A DNA stretch of 64,000 bases from Pavona decussata (taxonomy: Eukaryota): assembly GCA_977016875.1 (NCBI GenBank), contig CDRNST010000058.1, forward strand, positions 4,650,001 to 4,714,000, in the 5' to 3' direction. Position 1 is the first letter of the stretch. Each line of letters starts with the position of its first letter. A program made the translations under genes and the position numbers. Shown here in pieces: positions 48,402-61,805 of this stretch. The notes under the pieces were generated by a model that saw only the letters and a program-made list of their open reading frames with translations, was not told the DNA's origin and searched no databases.

Positions 48402-48548
48402 TATAGAGCGTTTTCATTAACGTGACTACTTGCCATATTGGTTTACTGAAACAAAAGAAAGCATTTGCATAAAAATGGAGTTTAACTCCCAGAGGCTTAG
48501 TTTGGGACACCAACATGGGTGCCATTTCTTTGTGTGAATACACTCTAT
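48402..48548. mobile_element. Short MITE
   Basis: TATAGAGCGTTTTCA ... TGAATACACTCTAT inverted termini. Confidence 0.55.
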
Positions 48549-49092
48549 TAGAAGGATACAGCGGAAACTGTTGCAACATTTAGAGAAGGTTAAGGATGAG
48601 CCTCCTTTCCGATCACTGTTTTTTTTTTTACTTTCCTTCTCGTATAACATATATTACCATGAATTCATTATCGCTGAATTCGCAAAACCGGAGCGCGAAT
48701 TTCTTGACAAGCATATTTCTTTTTGAGTGTCAAAGTGAGGGCTTCTGTTCTATAATTCCACGGGATTGCTAGCCATGTGAAGGAAATTTGGTTTGCCGAG
48801 GTAAAAAAAAAAATCTTAACCTCGGCAGCATTTCAACCCATGTGGGTTACAATACCTGCTGAAGACAGAGGCGATCATGAAACCACTGAGAGCATTGGTG
48901 GCCGCGGACATGTCTGGCGTCTGGCGGACTCCAGTCACAGTTTCATCTAATATGTGCCCAACCCTCAGCATAAACTTTCTCTGCCCGAAATATTGGTTCT
49001 CGCCAGTACAGGACTACAAAATTCAAAACACAGTGTTTATTCAAAGATGAAATCGCCATTGAACAATTCGTAATACTGCAGTAATTTTTTAG

Positions 49093-49279
49093 ATTCCAGC
49101 TGGTAATGGAGTGTTGGAATGAGAAGCCCAGTGAGCGACCGACATTTGATCAGGTGACGACATTGTTGGAGACGATGCTTATGGAGGACACCCCTTACTT
49201 TGACCCTGGATTGCTGGATGAGTCGAAGGCGTACTACAATGTGATGCCGGAGGAGGAGATTGTCGTGGAAACCACTTAG
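49093..49279 (+). CDS. RTK-A last coding exon: subdomain XI plus Tyr-containing tail
   Basis: FQLVMECWNEKPSERPTF...TPYFDPGLLDESKAYYNVMPEEEIVVETT*. Confidence 0.93.
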
Positions 49280-49496
49280 AAGAACCGTTTAAACCCTAAT
49301 AATTGATAAAAAGATCCAGACCATGTTTAGATTGTAGTTTACAGTGTTAAAAATGCGTTATAACCCATTTGAAAAAGACCACGTTTATCCCGTTTCTTAG
49401 TGTTTTAGTTGTAAAGGTAAGTCAGACATTGATTAATTTATAGAACATTGTCATAGATAAGATTTATGTTTTTTCTACATTTTGGCTCTTTCTTGG

Positions 49497-49725
49497 AGTC
49501 CTTGCCATTTGTCAGAACTGACTGGCCAGAGCGGTCAATTCGCAAATGGACTTTACCGATTTGAAGGTTAACTTTTGTCCTAGTCCTCCGAATTTCTTCA
49601 AAATAGCGCATACCATTTACGGAGTCATTACTTTTCAAGATTTTGCATTACCATGCCTTCAAAATGACGCATTCGATTTACAGACCAAAAGTTATGGCCA
49701 GCCAGTTCTGCAAATTGAAAGCACT
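49497..49725. mobile_element. MITE in the 3' region
   Basis: CCATTTGTCAGAACTGACTGGCCA ... TGGCCAGCCAGTTCTGCAAATTG inverted termini. Confidence 0.55.
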
Positions 49726-50489
49726 ATTGGTCACCAGACGAAAAACAAGGTATAAAAGGAGCATCTATAATTCTATTACGTATATAGGCGTAAAAAGTTG
49801 ACATAGTTTTTGTTAATATTTTAGTTTAATAGTTTCCAGATCGTGTTATTTGCAGTTTCAAGGAGGTCTAGTGCATAAAAAATTATGAGTATATTCCATA
49901 GTGTTTGAGGTTATAAATAATGCATTACCAGTTGATTTAAATGAATGCAAAGTATAAGTTAACTTGTTTACAGGATTACGTGATAAAATGCAACAATATG
50001 CTGATAGTGAAGGCTTTTATTCGGTTAGAAGACATGCCTCTCTGCAGAATTTAATTTATTACTTATATATTTACAGGATTTGAGATTACCGTTATTTCAG
50101 CTGAAAGTAAAAATTAAAAGGTTTGGAATCTGACATGACTTTATGACTTGTGAATGTCTGCTAAGGCTTATGTCGAAGGATTTGGTCGGTAAAAGTACTA
50201 ACCCCCTTATAAAACGGTCCAGAAGAGGAACTTTAGTCTTCTTATTGTTTTCGAAGCTATAACCGTGCGCAAAAGAGTACCCTGAAATTGTTTTTTTTTT
50301 AACATTCATTGTATTTCGACTCAATTTGGCCTGGCTCAACGCATTGCACCTATAGTTAATCTATTTTGATTTTGCCGACGAAGGACACAATCATCCCAAG
50401 CTTTAGAGCATTTTCGTATCATAGATATCAAAATATGACATAGAAAATTCTCAAGTTATGAGACACGTGGCGTGTATTCGAAATTGCTT

Positions 50490-51985
50490 AATGTATGTCC
50501 GTTGGTCCGCGAGCACATTCAATGTTTATCGGAGTACCTGGAACAGTGATCTGTAACTACCTAGCTTGTAAAACCAAAACCTACCTGCTTTGGACCTTCA
50601 ACCTTAATTTCGACCGTGCTGCTGTGCTATCTGTTGAAGTTCCCTGTTTTAATGTTCACGCACATAGAAAAGGCGACATAAGTGGGGGAGAAAAAGGTGG
50701 GGGAGTAGCCAGGACCAGAGCGCTGCCTGCCGCATGTAAGGCCAGTCGAAGTGGCTAGGTTAGTGTCAGCGAGTGGCATGGAAGACCGTGAGATGATTGT
50801 CACGGAGAAACAGCTGCTCTTAGCAGCGCCTCTCCATGCCAAGCTCCTAGAGGGTAGATTAGCAAGGGGAAGTGGTCGTGGCCTCTGTTGCTCACCCAAG
50901 CTAAATGACCCCGAAACCTTTTTAGTGTGGGACTAAAGGGTTGGCGCCAGCAACACTTGTCCCCTTGATTCTGGAGCAGAATTCTCCCACACTGAGGTTG
51001 CTAAAACAGGTGTTTAGAAATCAAACGGGTTTCCCCACCAGAATGGTGCAAGGCAGCATTCTGTTAGTAAGCCTCAGACAAGATGCTGCACTAATTATTA
51101 ATGTACTAAATCTAAGTGCAAGGTAATGCTAACTAAAAAGTTCAACGTCACAGAGCTGGCTAAAGGCCTAGGTCAAGGCGTACAAAGGTACTGTTATACA
51201 AGAAGGAAAAATGGGTACATGTGCATACTGTTTATGTGACAGTAGGTGTCCCTTGCTTAAATCCACGGGTCAAAGGTTGAGTTGTTCTGAGAAGAAATGT
51301 GGCTTTGATGTCAGGTAACCATGGTTGCAGGTATTTCCAGGATGGTAGTGTGAGGAAAATGAATAAATCTTTGGTAGGCGTCATATCTCCAGCGACCAAG
51401 TGTCTTGATGAGACAGGATGGGAGGTTAGCACCAGCAGAAGTAGTTGTTGCGGCCCCAATGTGGAAGCTGTGGGTGTTGTAGTGGATGGGTTAAAGGCCA
51501 CAGAGGTCATCTAAAGTAGGGTATGTAGGTTCGAGACCAGGGTTCGGCGTGTGAGAAAGCTGCCATCATGGAACTGGAAGAGAGGGGTCTGTACACTATA
51601 TTCTGGTGTTTGTAGTATGAATTCTCTTACTGCAGATACCGCACATATCTTGGAATGGGACTTGGCGATGGCGACCGGAGCAGTTCGCTGGAATTGATCT
51701 GTCTTGGATTTCGTAATGCAGATATCGTGTTGAGGGTTGTTGATGTCAGGATCGATGGTAATGTCCTGGCAAGTGAGGAAGATGTTGTGGTCGAAAGGAC
51801 CATTACATGTTAGTTCACTGCGCCTCAAAAAGCCAAGAAAGGCCAGGGTAAATGCGGCACAGAGCATAACGGTATCTACGTCAAGCGAGTGGTAAGGGTC
51901 AAGTTAATTGCGGGTCTTATGCAATAAAGGAAGGGTGATAGGCTGCCGGTTGCGCCTAGGAAACCCCAGGACACGTTTGATCGGT
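50490..51985 (-). mobile_element. DIRS-type retrotransposon fragment (tyrosine recombinase and 3' end)
   Basis: Minus strand reads AFLGFLRRSEL, KSKTDQF, ICAVSA, PLFQFHDGSFLTR, HSFHIGAAT and IKTLGRWRYDAYQRFI. It is disrupted, and the left boundary is approximate. Confidence 0.85.
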
Positions 51986-53379
51986 TAATTATGGTTCTTT
52001 GCGAGTTTACTTTTTTTCAGGACCGATTTGCGATTACAGTTACGCGTTTTCTGAACAATATTCGACCATTAAAAAGTGTGCGTTAAAAGAATTGATTTCA
52101 TGTTGTCTTGTGTCTTCGATTTTGCACATTCTTATCTAGTTGGTGTCTAGAGGGAAAAAAGAGCAATGTTCACTTTCCTTAACTTGATGTAGATTTTTCT
52201 GAATGTGTATGGAAAACAAACCAGAAGAGGCCGAAAGCCGGATATGTGCCATATTAAAAAGTCACGTGGCCGCCTGCTTTCCCTCATGCTCGAAGCATTA
52301 TGATACCAGACGAACGTTTTTTACAACATTAGCCATGCACAGATCAATACTTAGCGTATGATAAACAGGACCCCTCAATCAGTAAAACGCGGTATTATCG
52401 TCAACTACGTGTAATACCGGGCCAAACTACTTGTGACACCAACATCAGCTGCCTCTGTGGAACAGAAATATTTGACATCTGTTCAACACCCTAACATCAT
52501 CAATAGACATAACGCGATAAGTTGCAGCCCAGTATCATGGTGTTATTTCCCTGTCAAGAAACTAATTACGTCACAGTGTCTTCCTTTACTCAAGTGTATA
52601 AATAGGATACTTGCGAATCTTAAAAGAAACCTAACAAAATACTGTGGGCTGCCCTGCGATTAACTAGCATCCGAGATCCAAGAAGAATACCACTATCCTT
52701 AGATAATTTTATGCTACAAACACAGAGTAAAGGCTAAACCAAAACTTCGCGGGTGCTCCTCAACAAAACAAAACAAAAAAACAAACAACAACAACAACAA
52801 CAACAAGAAAAGAGGATGTACGTTTTTTTTAATAGAAATCCTAGAAAACTATATATAACCATGAAGCTAATAAACTGTAGCCCTGTAAGAATTTCAAGCC
52901 CTCACATAAATTGCACTCTAGCACTCAGAAAATAATGGGCTAACAAAGTGTGTCAGGCTTTTCTGCGATTCCCATTGGCTCCTGAGAAAACTCTATTGTA
53001 ACTTTAAGGTTTGAAAATGAACTTTTCAAAGAGTGTTCACGACTACATTGGTTATTTTCAAATTGATAGATGTTCATTGGAGCCGATCAAAAGCGCTTTT
53101 GGGCTTGGTCGCGTTAAGGATGACGTCATCATACTAAATTTGGTATGAGTGATATTTTTATGGGAAGTGTTATTTTCATGTTCTGTGGTATCCTCCCTGG
53201 CTTCAAATGACAAAGTTTTTTTGGCATTTGCTATTTTAAGGCGCAAAGTATTCTGAGAAGGTTCTAATAATTATATTTACTTTCATAATTATTAGTAATG
53301 ATGGTTTATTAGATATCACATAGTCGCACCTAGAAGTGAATTACAATGTGTTTAAAGAGAATTTGAAAATGTACAATGT

Positions 53380-54215
53380 CTTTTAACGCTTACTGAGTCT
53401 ATACGATATTGCTGGGAGAAAGCTCTTTTTCCACCTTTCTGTTCGGCATTTAGTCATGGATGCTTAATTATACGGTTGACTTATGGTGCGTGTTGGAGGT
53501 AGTAAGTGATCCTGACATCAAGGCGGGTAGCATTTTCACAAGATAGAGCATCAGAGTAGTGCTCCTCCGGGAACAGAATACGCAGTGCTTGTTTCTGAAC
53601 ACGTTCAATATCATTAAGATAGGCTGTGATGCTTGATGCCCAAGTAACGCAACAATACTCTAGGACAGAAGGCACAAGCGCGAAATAGACCATTCCACGT
53701 CACTGTATTACACAAAGTGATTCCAAGCACTTTGTGGACAGAGACGAAATCCAGAGGGCGGTTGTTCACACGTGATGCTGGTAGCTCTGGTTTGATTCTA
53801 AGAGGGCAAATGAGCATCTCTTTGCATTTCTTAGGATTGAGTTTCATGCGGTTGTTAGTTCGAGATACTGTCAAGGTCACCTTGCAAGGATGATGCACTT
53901 CCGGGGGTGAAAACTTCGGAAATAGATAGATCATCAACATACTTCCAGTGACTGGAGTGCAGCGGTGATTTTAGTGCCAAATCATTGATCATGATGAGAA
54001 ATAGAATAGGGCCAAGCTTCGTGCCGTGTGGTACGCCTGTATGGACCGGAAGTCACTCGGAGATCACATGACAAAATTTGACAGCCTGCAGGCGACGACC
54101 ACTTAGAAAACTGCAAATCCATCTTATGAGGAACGAACGGAAGCCGAGATGAACGAGTTTAGAGACCAAAATGGTATGGTCTATGTGGTCGAAGGCCTTA
54201 TTACTAAAATCCAAG
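53380..54215 (-). mobile_element. 5'-truncated LINE (CR1/L2-like) reverse transcriptase fragment
   Basis: Minus strand reads KAFDHIDH, WICSFL, GVPHGTKLGPILFLIMINDL, KYVDD, MKLNPKKCKEM, LEYCC..W and IERVQKQALR. Confidence 0.88.
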
Positions 54216-57200
54216 TAAGAGACATACAGATATTTTGTGGGTTGCTCGAGACTGGACAGTCAGTTATGGATGGCGAACATATTATCGCAAGGATCGTTTT
54301 ACCTCGTCTTTACCTTTTCATATGAAATTAAATATGATATAATCTGCTTTCTTTATTACTTCCATGCCTTATCTGAAATAATAAACGTTTTGACAATGTT
54401 GAGTCTACCCCTAACTGTTCAATTCCTCTATTTCCACATTGTAAGGTACGTGTAATTAAACAAATGTTTTCTGCGAAGTTCAGTTTCTGTCGAATGATCT
54501 TATCATACGCAAAGTGTACACCCAAAATTTTTACTGCTTTTTCTTAACTTAAGTTCTTCTAATTACATTTTTGTGTACAAGTGTGGGGGTTGAATTTAAC
54601 CTAAATAAGTATTTTCGTCTTTTCACAGTTGATACGTAAGACCACAGCATGCTCCAAATTCATCGGTGACATCGGTGAATTCGCTTGAATTGGTTACTCG
54701 TTTAAAGTTGGTAAAAATAAAGCTTGCTTTTGAATCCAGTCCATTGAGTACATCAGTTTAGTCTGCACAGCCGAGTGTGCTAATCTATATCCTAGTCACG
54801 TTCGCGCTCAATGGTAAAAAAAAAGCCAAGAATTACCAATTTAATACGGCATGGTAAGGATTGTAAATGGAGAGTAACAATCTTGAACATCATAAATGTT
54901 TACAACATGTTCTTGTTAAAATACTAGTAATACCAAAATCAAACGTTTAAAACAATCGCCCCCATGGTAAAATTTCAAATTCATCTTTAAAAACACATGG
55001 ATATTATTCAACTTATTAGGCCAGCAGATGTTGCCATATTAAAATGAAAAGAGGAAAAAAACAGCAAAAACGTTTCTCTTGATAAGGATAGTTTTTTGTG
55101 CTGTTCTTTTTTTCACTTTATGAGACTAGATCTGTCAGGAAAATTGATTAACGTTACTTCTTAACTCAGCCGATCTTTGCACCGAATATGAATTAATGAG
55201 TTCTTGTGTTTTTCATGTCCCTTTTAGAAGTCGACAGCTGTTCAGGGCTTTGCGTTCTGTGTACATTAGGAGTTGCTTAGGCTGGCTATCAAGATCACGT
55301 TCTAAAGTTTAATTTCAGAGAGAATCATTCAGAAACTTTCAAGTAATTAGTATTTATTTATAGTATTGTTATAGTTTTTTTAATATGTGTGTGGTTGATG
55401 TGGCCATCGTTGTACAGGCACAATTAAAGGATCCAGAATGTGACGCGAACTAATAACGAATAACGAAAGATGCACAATTTTGGCCAATGATGTTTGGCTT
55501 GAGTTCACGACTTCCTGGATCATTTAGTTTTTTAAAAAAATACATTTGCATGGTGACATGATATATATAAAAAAACTACAATTTCTTCTTCGTCGTTCTA
55601 CATAATCAGTTTATTCGCGGAAGGACCACCAGAACAAAAGGACATGGGTTTTGTGGCCGGGCTGTGAAGGTCTTTATTTCTCACGCTTTAGAAAGTAAGC
55701 ATAGGACGTTTATCCTAAGTCATCAGTGACACTGGATAATCAGTTGACTTCGGTAATTTCAGTAGTATGCTAACAAGTAACAATTGCTTGCTGAGAAATT
55801 TGAAATTGATGTTGTTTTTGAAAGGTATTGATATTTTGAGCGAATCAGAATCGACGCGCGTGGTACTACCTTTGTGCTGTTACTTTACTTTGCCCTTATT
55901 AAAACCTGATCTTTCAAGAAAACTGATCTTTGCGCAAAATGAATTAATGACAGAGTTCTCTTGTTTTCCATGTTCCGTTTTTCAAGCCAACAGCTGTTCA
56001 GGGCTTTGAGTTCTGTGTACATTACGAGTTGCTGAGGCTGATTATCAAAGATCAAGTAGTAAAGTTTGACTTTGGAGGGAATCATTAAAAAAACTTTTGA
56101 TTGAATTTTTACTAATATTGTTGTTATAGTTTTTTGTACGCGTTTTTACATCGTGTTCGCCAAACACGTATTAATTAGCATAATCATCATGGCTTGCCGC
56201 TCCTCAGTGGACACCCACGCGTTAATAGCTATATAATACTAGCACTCGTGTAATAAAGATAAAAAAAACTGTTTAGCCCGTATTTTAAAGCGTTGTGAAA
56301 CCCCTTATTCGGTTCGAATTTCATGTTGGTCGTTGTGTAACAAGGAAAGAAATTCTCCTTTTAAGAAAAAGAAAAGAAAAAAAAAAGAAACATTATTGGA
56401 AACTTTATATTGCGCTAATTAACAAGGTCCACTAGTTAAAACCGTCCTCGAATGGATACCGTCTCCAAACAAGATTCAAATCTTCGCACACTGTGCAGCT
56501 AGGTAACTAACGTGTAACTTGCCTACATTATTAGTATCCTTTACCCTTTGTTTTGTGACCTTTTAGGCTTGTTATTCAAACTCTGCTGTTCCTTAGCTCG
56601 TTTATACCCAGTGGCACATAACACCTCTTCTTCCCTCGGCGCCTGAAGCTAAAAAAAAAAACAATGTTCAAGTTTAACCAATTTGTCGTACATAAGACCA
56701 CAGTTATATAAACTCCATTTTTCATGAAAAGCTTAATTGTCTCTCTGGCTCTCTTTTTGCTACTGCTAGTTACCACTTGTTTATAGCTGATATTTATGCA
56801 GAAACGAACGTTTTATTTGTGCGTTGCCTGTCAATACAAACTTTACTAATCATCCCGTCATTCGACGTGTTGCTTTGAAGAATAAAAATGCCCATTTTTA
56901 AGTCTACTGCTACTTGCATGGCAGTAGCCAACGTTTAAGTGTTAACTGCTGACAAAATAAAGATGAAATCGATAAACACTCAACATTTTTTGGCCGACAT
57001 ATCGAAACAACATTTCGAGATATCGATAAACATCCAACAAGTTTCAGGCCGAAGTCTTATAATTTATTGCCGGCCAGGTGTTTATCCGGCACATATCGTA
57101 GTTTATAGTGGCGATCAATATTACATATGTTTGTTCTACTTCTTCCCGCTTAACAGTTTTTTTTATAAATGATTCGACTACATAGCGAATTTAAAATCTC

Positions 57201-57556
57201 GTTTCTTAAGAAGAACTGGATCAAATGATCATTTGCATCGAGAAGGTGTGAAAATAATACGATGGCAAACATCTAAAGTTTAGACATGTGGATATAAAAC
57301 ATTAAACAGTCAAGGCGCAACCCGTCAAATCCTCCCGGGATAGAACCACCTAACCTTGCCTCTCTTCGAGATGCATCCGACTTACAGAATTTTGGCATTA
57401 AAGGATTTCACTGTTTAGTTTATTTCACAAATTAATTTGCTGTAAACATATGTGCGTATTGCGTACCTATTTTTAAAACATAAGCTAAACGAGTCCAGGC
57501 GTACCAAGCAGACCAAACTTCATTTCGTTTAATTGTTTTGTTTTTCTTTCATGCAG

Positions 57557-57634
57557 CTTGTCTGTCTGTACACGGAAGACGAGTAAGAAGGAAAGAAGAC
57601 GACGATGACCACTGGGTGGATAGTAATATTGACG
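57557..57634 (+). CDS. RTK-B exon: leader/furin-site exon (CLSVHGRRVRRKEDDDDHWVDSNID)
   Basis: 78-nt homologue of 18619-18696 with conserved splice sites. Confidence 0.75.
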
Positions 57635-59122
57635 GTGAGTAAGTAGATGAACTAAACAACAGTCATAAGAGAATCTTTTTAATTTATCTCATAGTCGATC
57701 CCTTGGATTATAGAGCTCCTTTATTGGCCGACTGCGTTTTTTTTGGTGGATTATTACGAAAGTTGAAAGAACCCACATTTCTACAAAGAAAAGACCACTT
57801 TTTGTCTCAATCAAATCCAGATATCTGAGGTGATTTCATTAATTCCTTCCGAACAAACTAAGAAACCATAATTTAACAGGAATAAAGTCATAAGACTTAG
57901 GAAATTCTAATTAATCAGCTTGGTATTTATGTAAGTTTGAATAACGTAGAGAAACACCTTTGTATTCGCAAGTATTTGTGTTTTCGTTAACGTCATTTAT
58001 CTCAGTGCTATCACTGTTCTTTCACGAATGTTCTGACACGACTTTGTGAAGACTCTTCCAACTAAAGCCGCTTTTCGCGGCCGTGAAGGACTTAAAACTG
58101 CCTTGATCATCATGGTTGTTGTTGTCCTCGACGTTAAACGGAGCAAAGCAGCTTTGTTCAGAAAACTTGTAACGATTTCAAATAGCTGTTCCATGGACTA
58201 CTCAGCGAGCCATAACGTAGGGGTTGGCTTTTTAAAGGGATGAAATGATGAAGTACTGTTCCCTTTAACCCTTCCATTTTCTATTGACAGACCTGTACAA
58301 GTCTAATGGTCATGGCCACTGGTAAGTCAATTCTGTTTACTCGTCTGCAAGGTTTGGAGGTGGTTGGGTTATTCTGGGGCAGAGAGGGCTCCATCCAGAA
58401 ATTTAAAAGTGTTCTTCAAACTCGCTAGCACTACGCCTGCAATCTGTTGTAAAACAAGATGTCGGATATCACAACTTATTCGTGTTCCAAGATGTTTGTT
58501 ATGCATATTCATGTTATGTGTACTTTTCCTATTTTCTTTTTTCCGTCTCTACATTTGTTTGTTTCATTCAATAGAAGGAACAATGCACAGCGCAGCTCTA
58601 TAACGAACAAATAATTAAGCATTCAAAGCTCCAAGTATTACCAGGTTACCTATGAGTTTTCACTCTTGTCACTGATCCTAGCGTATGCGTCTTTATTTAG
58701 ATGTGGTTTATGACAGAGAATGCGAATACACTACAAGAAATTACACCGATCTGTGTGCATTACGCCATTGAGGTCATGCATTTTAGAAATGAATCCACGA
58801 CCATGCAGTACTTTAAAATCTACACGTTCCGTTCCTTTTTTTATTTTTCGATGAGATTGCGTATAAATAACCTGAATTATCCATATATACTCAAGCGTAC
58901 ACGGAAAATAAACTCCTGTTACGTTTGGCAGAATTTATCTTTCACAAAGTTTCCATACTGGATCAGAGTTGAGAGACAGGGCTAAAACCCGCCCTTTAAT
59001 GGGTTTAGGACATTTTTTGATGGCTTAAACGCCAAGATATACTTAATATAGTACAAGCATTGCGCAAGGACACAGGATTATGACCCCAACTAACGTTTTT
59101 GTACCTGTTGTTGCATTTTTAG

Positions 59123-59174
59123 CGATGACTGTCCTTGGCCACTGGAAGCTAGATGGCAGTGATCAGGACATAAG
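59123..59174 (+). CDS. RTK-B 52-nt LamG first-strand exon (MTVLGHWKLDGSDQDI)
   Basis: Near-identical to 30788-30839. Confidence 0.85.
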
Positions 59175-59376
59175 GTTGGTCAATTACTACATATTTGAGC
59201 GACCAGTAAAACATTATAGTTATTTGTAGGAAAAAGGTTCCGCTGTAATTGAACTATATGTTTCGAACAACATAATCCTGTTCAAGGTTGACATGTAAAT
59301 CATTTTAGCTAACTTAGTAATCGAAAATTCGCCAACCGTTGTTTGGCACGATAGCTAAATGTTCATACGTCTCTGA

Positions 59377-59657
59377 TACACTCGATTGCAAAAACGTTGA
59401 CACCTAAAAAGCATAAACCATGAACGATGAGGCCCAACGGATTTGTGGGTAGTGTTTAAAAATTGCCCCTTGTTGGCCAACTTGACACTTTAAGGAAAGT
59501 TTGGACAGTTTTCATCATTCACCAGGTGCAACTAATTTTGGTTATCAACCGTCGCACGAGAGTAGGAAATTAACTACACTTATACCCATAAACCCATTGG
59601 GTCTCATCGGTCACGGTTTATGCTTTTTAGGCGTCAACGTTTTGGCAATCGAGTGTA
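59377..59657. mobile_element. MITE with ~75-bp TIRs
   Basis: TACACTCGATTGCAAAAACGTTGACACCTAAAAAGCATAAACC ... GGTTTATGCTTTTTAGGCGTCAACGTTTTGGCAATCGAGTGTA. Absent from the homologous RTK-A intron (~31045). Confidence 0.85.
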
Positions 59658-59659
59658 TT

Positions 59660-60266
59660 CTTGGTTTTCACATGACGTCATAAAAAACTGAAATTCATAA
59701 CTAAACACAATTTTGGGTTTTTATCTTCATCACATATAAGAAAATCTAAATTTCCATCGGCTTGCTTGTTTTCAGCAGGATAGCATTCTTTGTTTTGAAA
59801 ATAGTGCAGTTTAAATTTTAGATTTTTGCGCAGTGCGTGACAGAAGGATTGCAGCTCTAAACATGTCACGTACATGAAAACATCGATTCGCCTCGTGTTT
59901 TTTTTAGGTCTGATCAGCTAACATGTAATAGAAGCGTTAATGTCAATGTGTGAAAGTTCAGCAGAGAGAAGAAAGGCTTTGAAATAGCCAAGGTAAACTC
60001 CAGATGTTTTTGCTGGTTTCCGGCTGCCATGTTGGTGCCCATCAGACAGGGCACCAACATGGCGTCCCATACTAAACTCTGTAATTTTCCGTGGTACATT
60101 TTCTCGAATAACTCGATTAGGAGATATCGCACAGCCCTGTAGCTTTCACACGTTGTTTATGTATCACTCTTCTACAACATATCAATTTCTTGACTTTATC
60201 TATTGAATGGTTGAGGATTTTATTTTTTCCCTTGCGTGACGATGTGTGAGGTGAAAACCACCTATA
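59660..60266. mobile_element. Second MITE abutting the first
   Basis: TGGTTTTCACATGACGTC ... GTGAAAACCACCTATA termini. Homology to the RTK-A intron resumes right after it (TACGATTAAAATGGCATTTGGC). Confidence 0.6.
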
Positions 60267-60299
60267 CGATTAAAATGGCATTTGGCAACGGATTGGAGT

Positions 60300-61805
60300 G
60301 AGACTGTTAATTACTGGAGGGCGTATAATCTGTTGGACAGTACGGTACTACACTATATTGTACCAGTTGTTCGTACGTCCCTCGTGCCCACTTGTTTTTT
60401 ATTCTTCACAGCCTACATCTTGGATTTCTCGACTTCTAAAAACCTCAGTTACCCGCTAAAATTGATCCAAAATTAATTATAAACGAAAAATATTAGAGTA
60501 GCGATAATGCGTTTCAATTTTTAGAACATAACACTCTAAATTCTTAAAACATGGCTATCAATTTTTTATTGCCATGGAAAATCAAGTCACGTGAGCAAAT
60601 AATTTTGTCAGATTAACTTTCAGACCAAAGGAGGATGTTACTATCTTCCCGGCATGCACCGCGTCGCAACTATATTATCAAACGGCTGGCCCCAGGTGAA
60701 TCTCATTTTTCAATGGACGCCGTCGAGATAGTAACGCGGCAACTCGAGGTTTTCAAGAAATCGAGTGTTATTTACTTGAATTGCGTGGATTTAGCCGTCG
60801 ATATCAGGCAGTCTTCGGAAATGCTGAATTTATAGAGTATAAGATGCTTCTCGGGCACGTGAACTTTCCAGATGAGCTGAAAAATCGGAGATTGGTGCTG
60901 TTTCCGAACACGCCGCAAACAGTGACAGTTTGAAAACGTTCGATCGACCGCTTTAAGCACGTTTCGTGCCTTTCTCGGCGACCTCTTCAGATGTTGACTT
61001 GAGGGTAATGGCTCCTACAATAAAACAAAATACATGAAGCGAAAACATGTAAAGAAAATCTTGAATACTAGGAGCTTGGAACAGAAGTCCCAAGCAATAT
61101 AAATATAGGTCGAATCATGTACAAATCGCGGCAAAAATCCCTCACATTCAACTTCAACATTTTTGTTGAAAACGCGGAGTCAATAGGAGTCGATCAGTTC
61201 CCAGTGAAACTTTGAAATATAAAAGCTAGTATTTGAATATTATAATCCTATTGACTCGTCGTTTAAGTTCCGAAATAACGCATTCAAAATAGGTCATGCA
61301 TATTCAATAACAACAGTCATGGTTGACAAGCCACGAACAATACGCAAAGTATTGCTGTTTTGAAGAATATCTCTCTCTGAAAAATATTCCTTTCCCTTAT
61401 TTGAATGTAAATGAAATAAATAAAGATAAATTACTCACCATGGATCATTTGTGATACGAAGAAATCCAGCTCAAACTTGGCCTCAAACACGCGCATTCCT
61501 CTCACTGACCGGAAGCCATTTTACCGAAATTGGCGCAAGGTACGATGGGAAGATAGTAATATCCTCCTTTGTTCAGACCTACATGCAAACTCAACCCCCC
61601 CCCCCCCTCCCCCACACCTTGCGTGATATAAGGGGAGAGGGTGGTTGGACCCCCTCCTGCTTTTTCGTTGCGTTACGGTAGTTTGAAAAGTTTTGATCTT
61701 TAATTTAATAGATAGCCTTTTATGTCGGCTACATAATAATGTTAATATTATAGGAGATATAAGCAAATGGCGCTGCTGGGTGTCAGTGACGTCATACAAC
61801 GCGAT
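60300..61805. mobile_element. ~1.5-kb insertion(s) of unclassified repeat sequence in an RTK-B intron
   Basis: Lies between CGGATTGG and GTTTTGATCATC, which are nearly contiguous at 31071-31090 in RTK-A. Confidence 0.5.

Larger units (their letters stand above)
18375..49279 (+). pseudogene. Multi-exon receptor tyrosine kinase locus RTK-A (SRCR-LamG-FN3-FN3-Cys-rich-LamG-FN3-FN3-TM-split kinase), disabled as assembled
   Basis: Exons join by consistent splice phases from 18619 to the TAG at 49277-49279. Lesions are an in-frame TAA at 31541-31543 and a frameshift near 35488. The first exon is uncertain. Confidence 0.75.
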
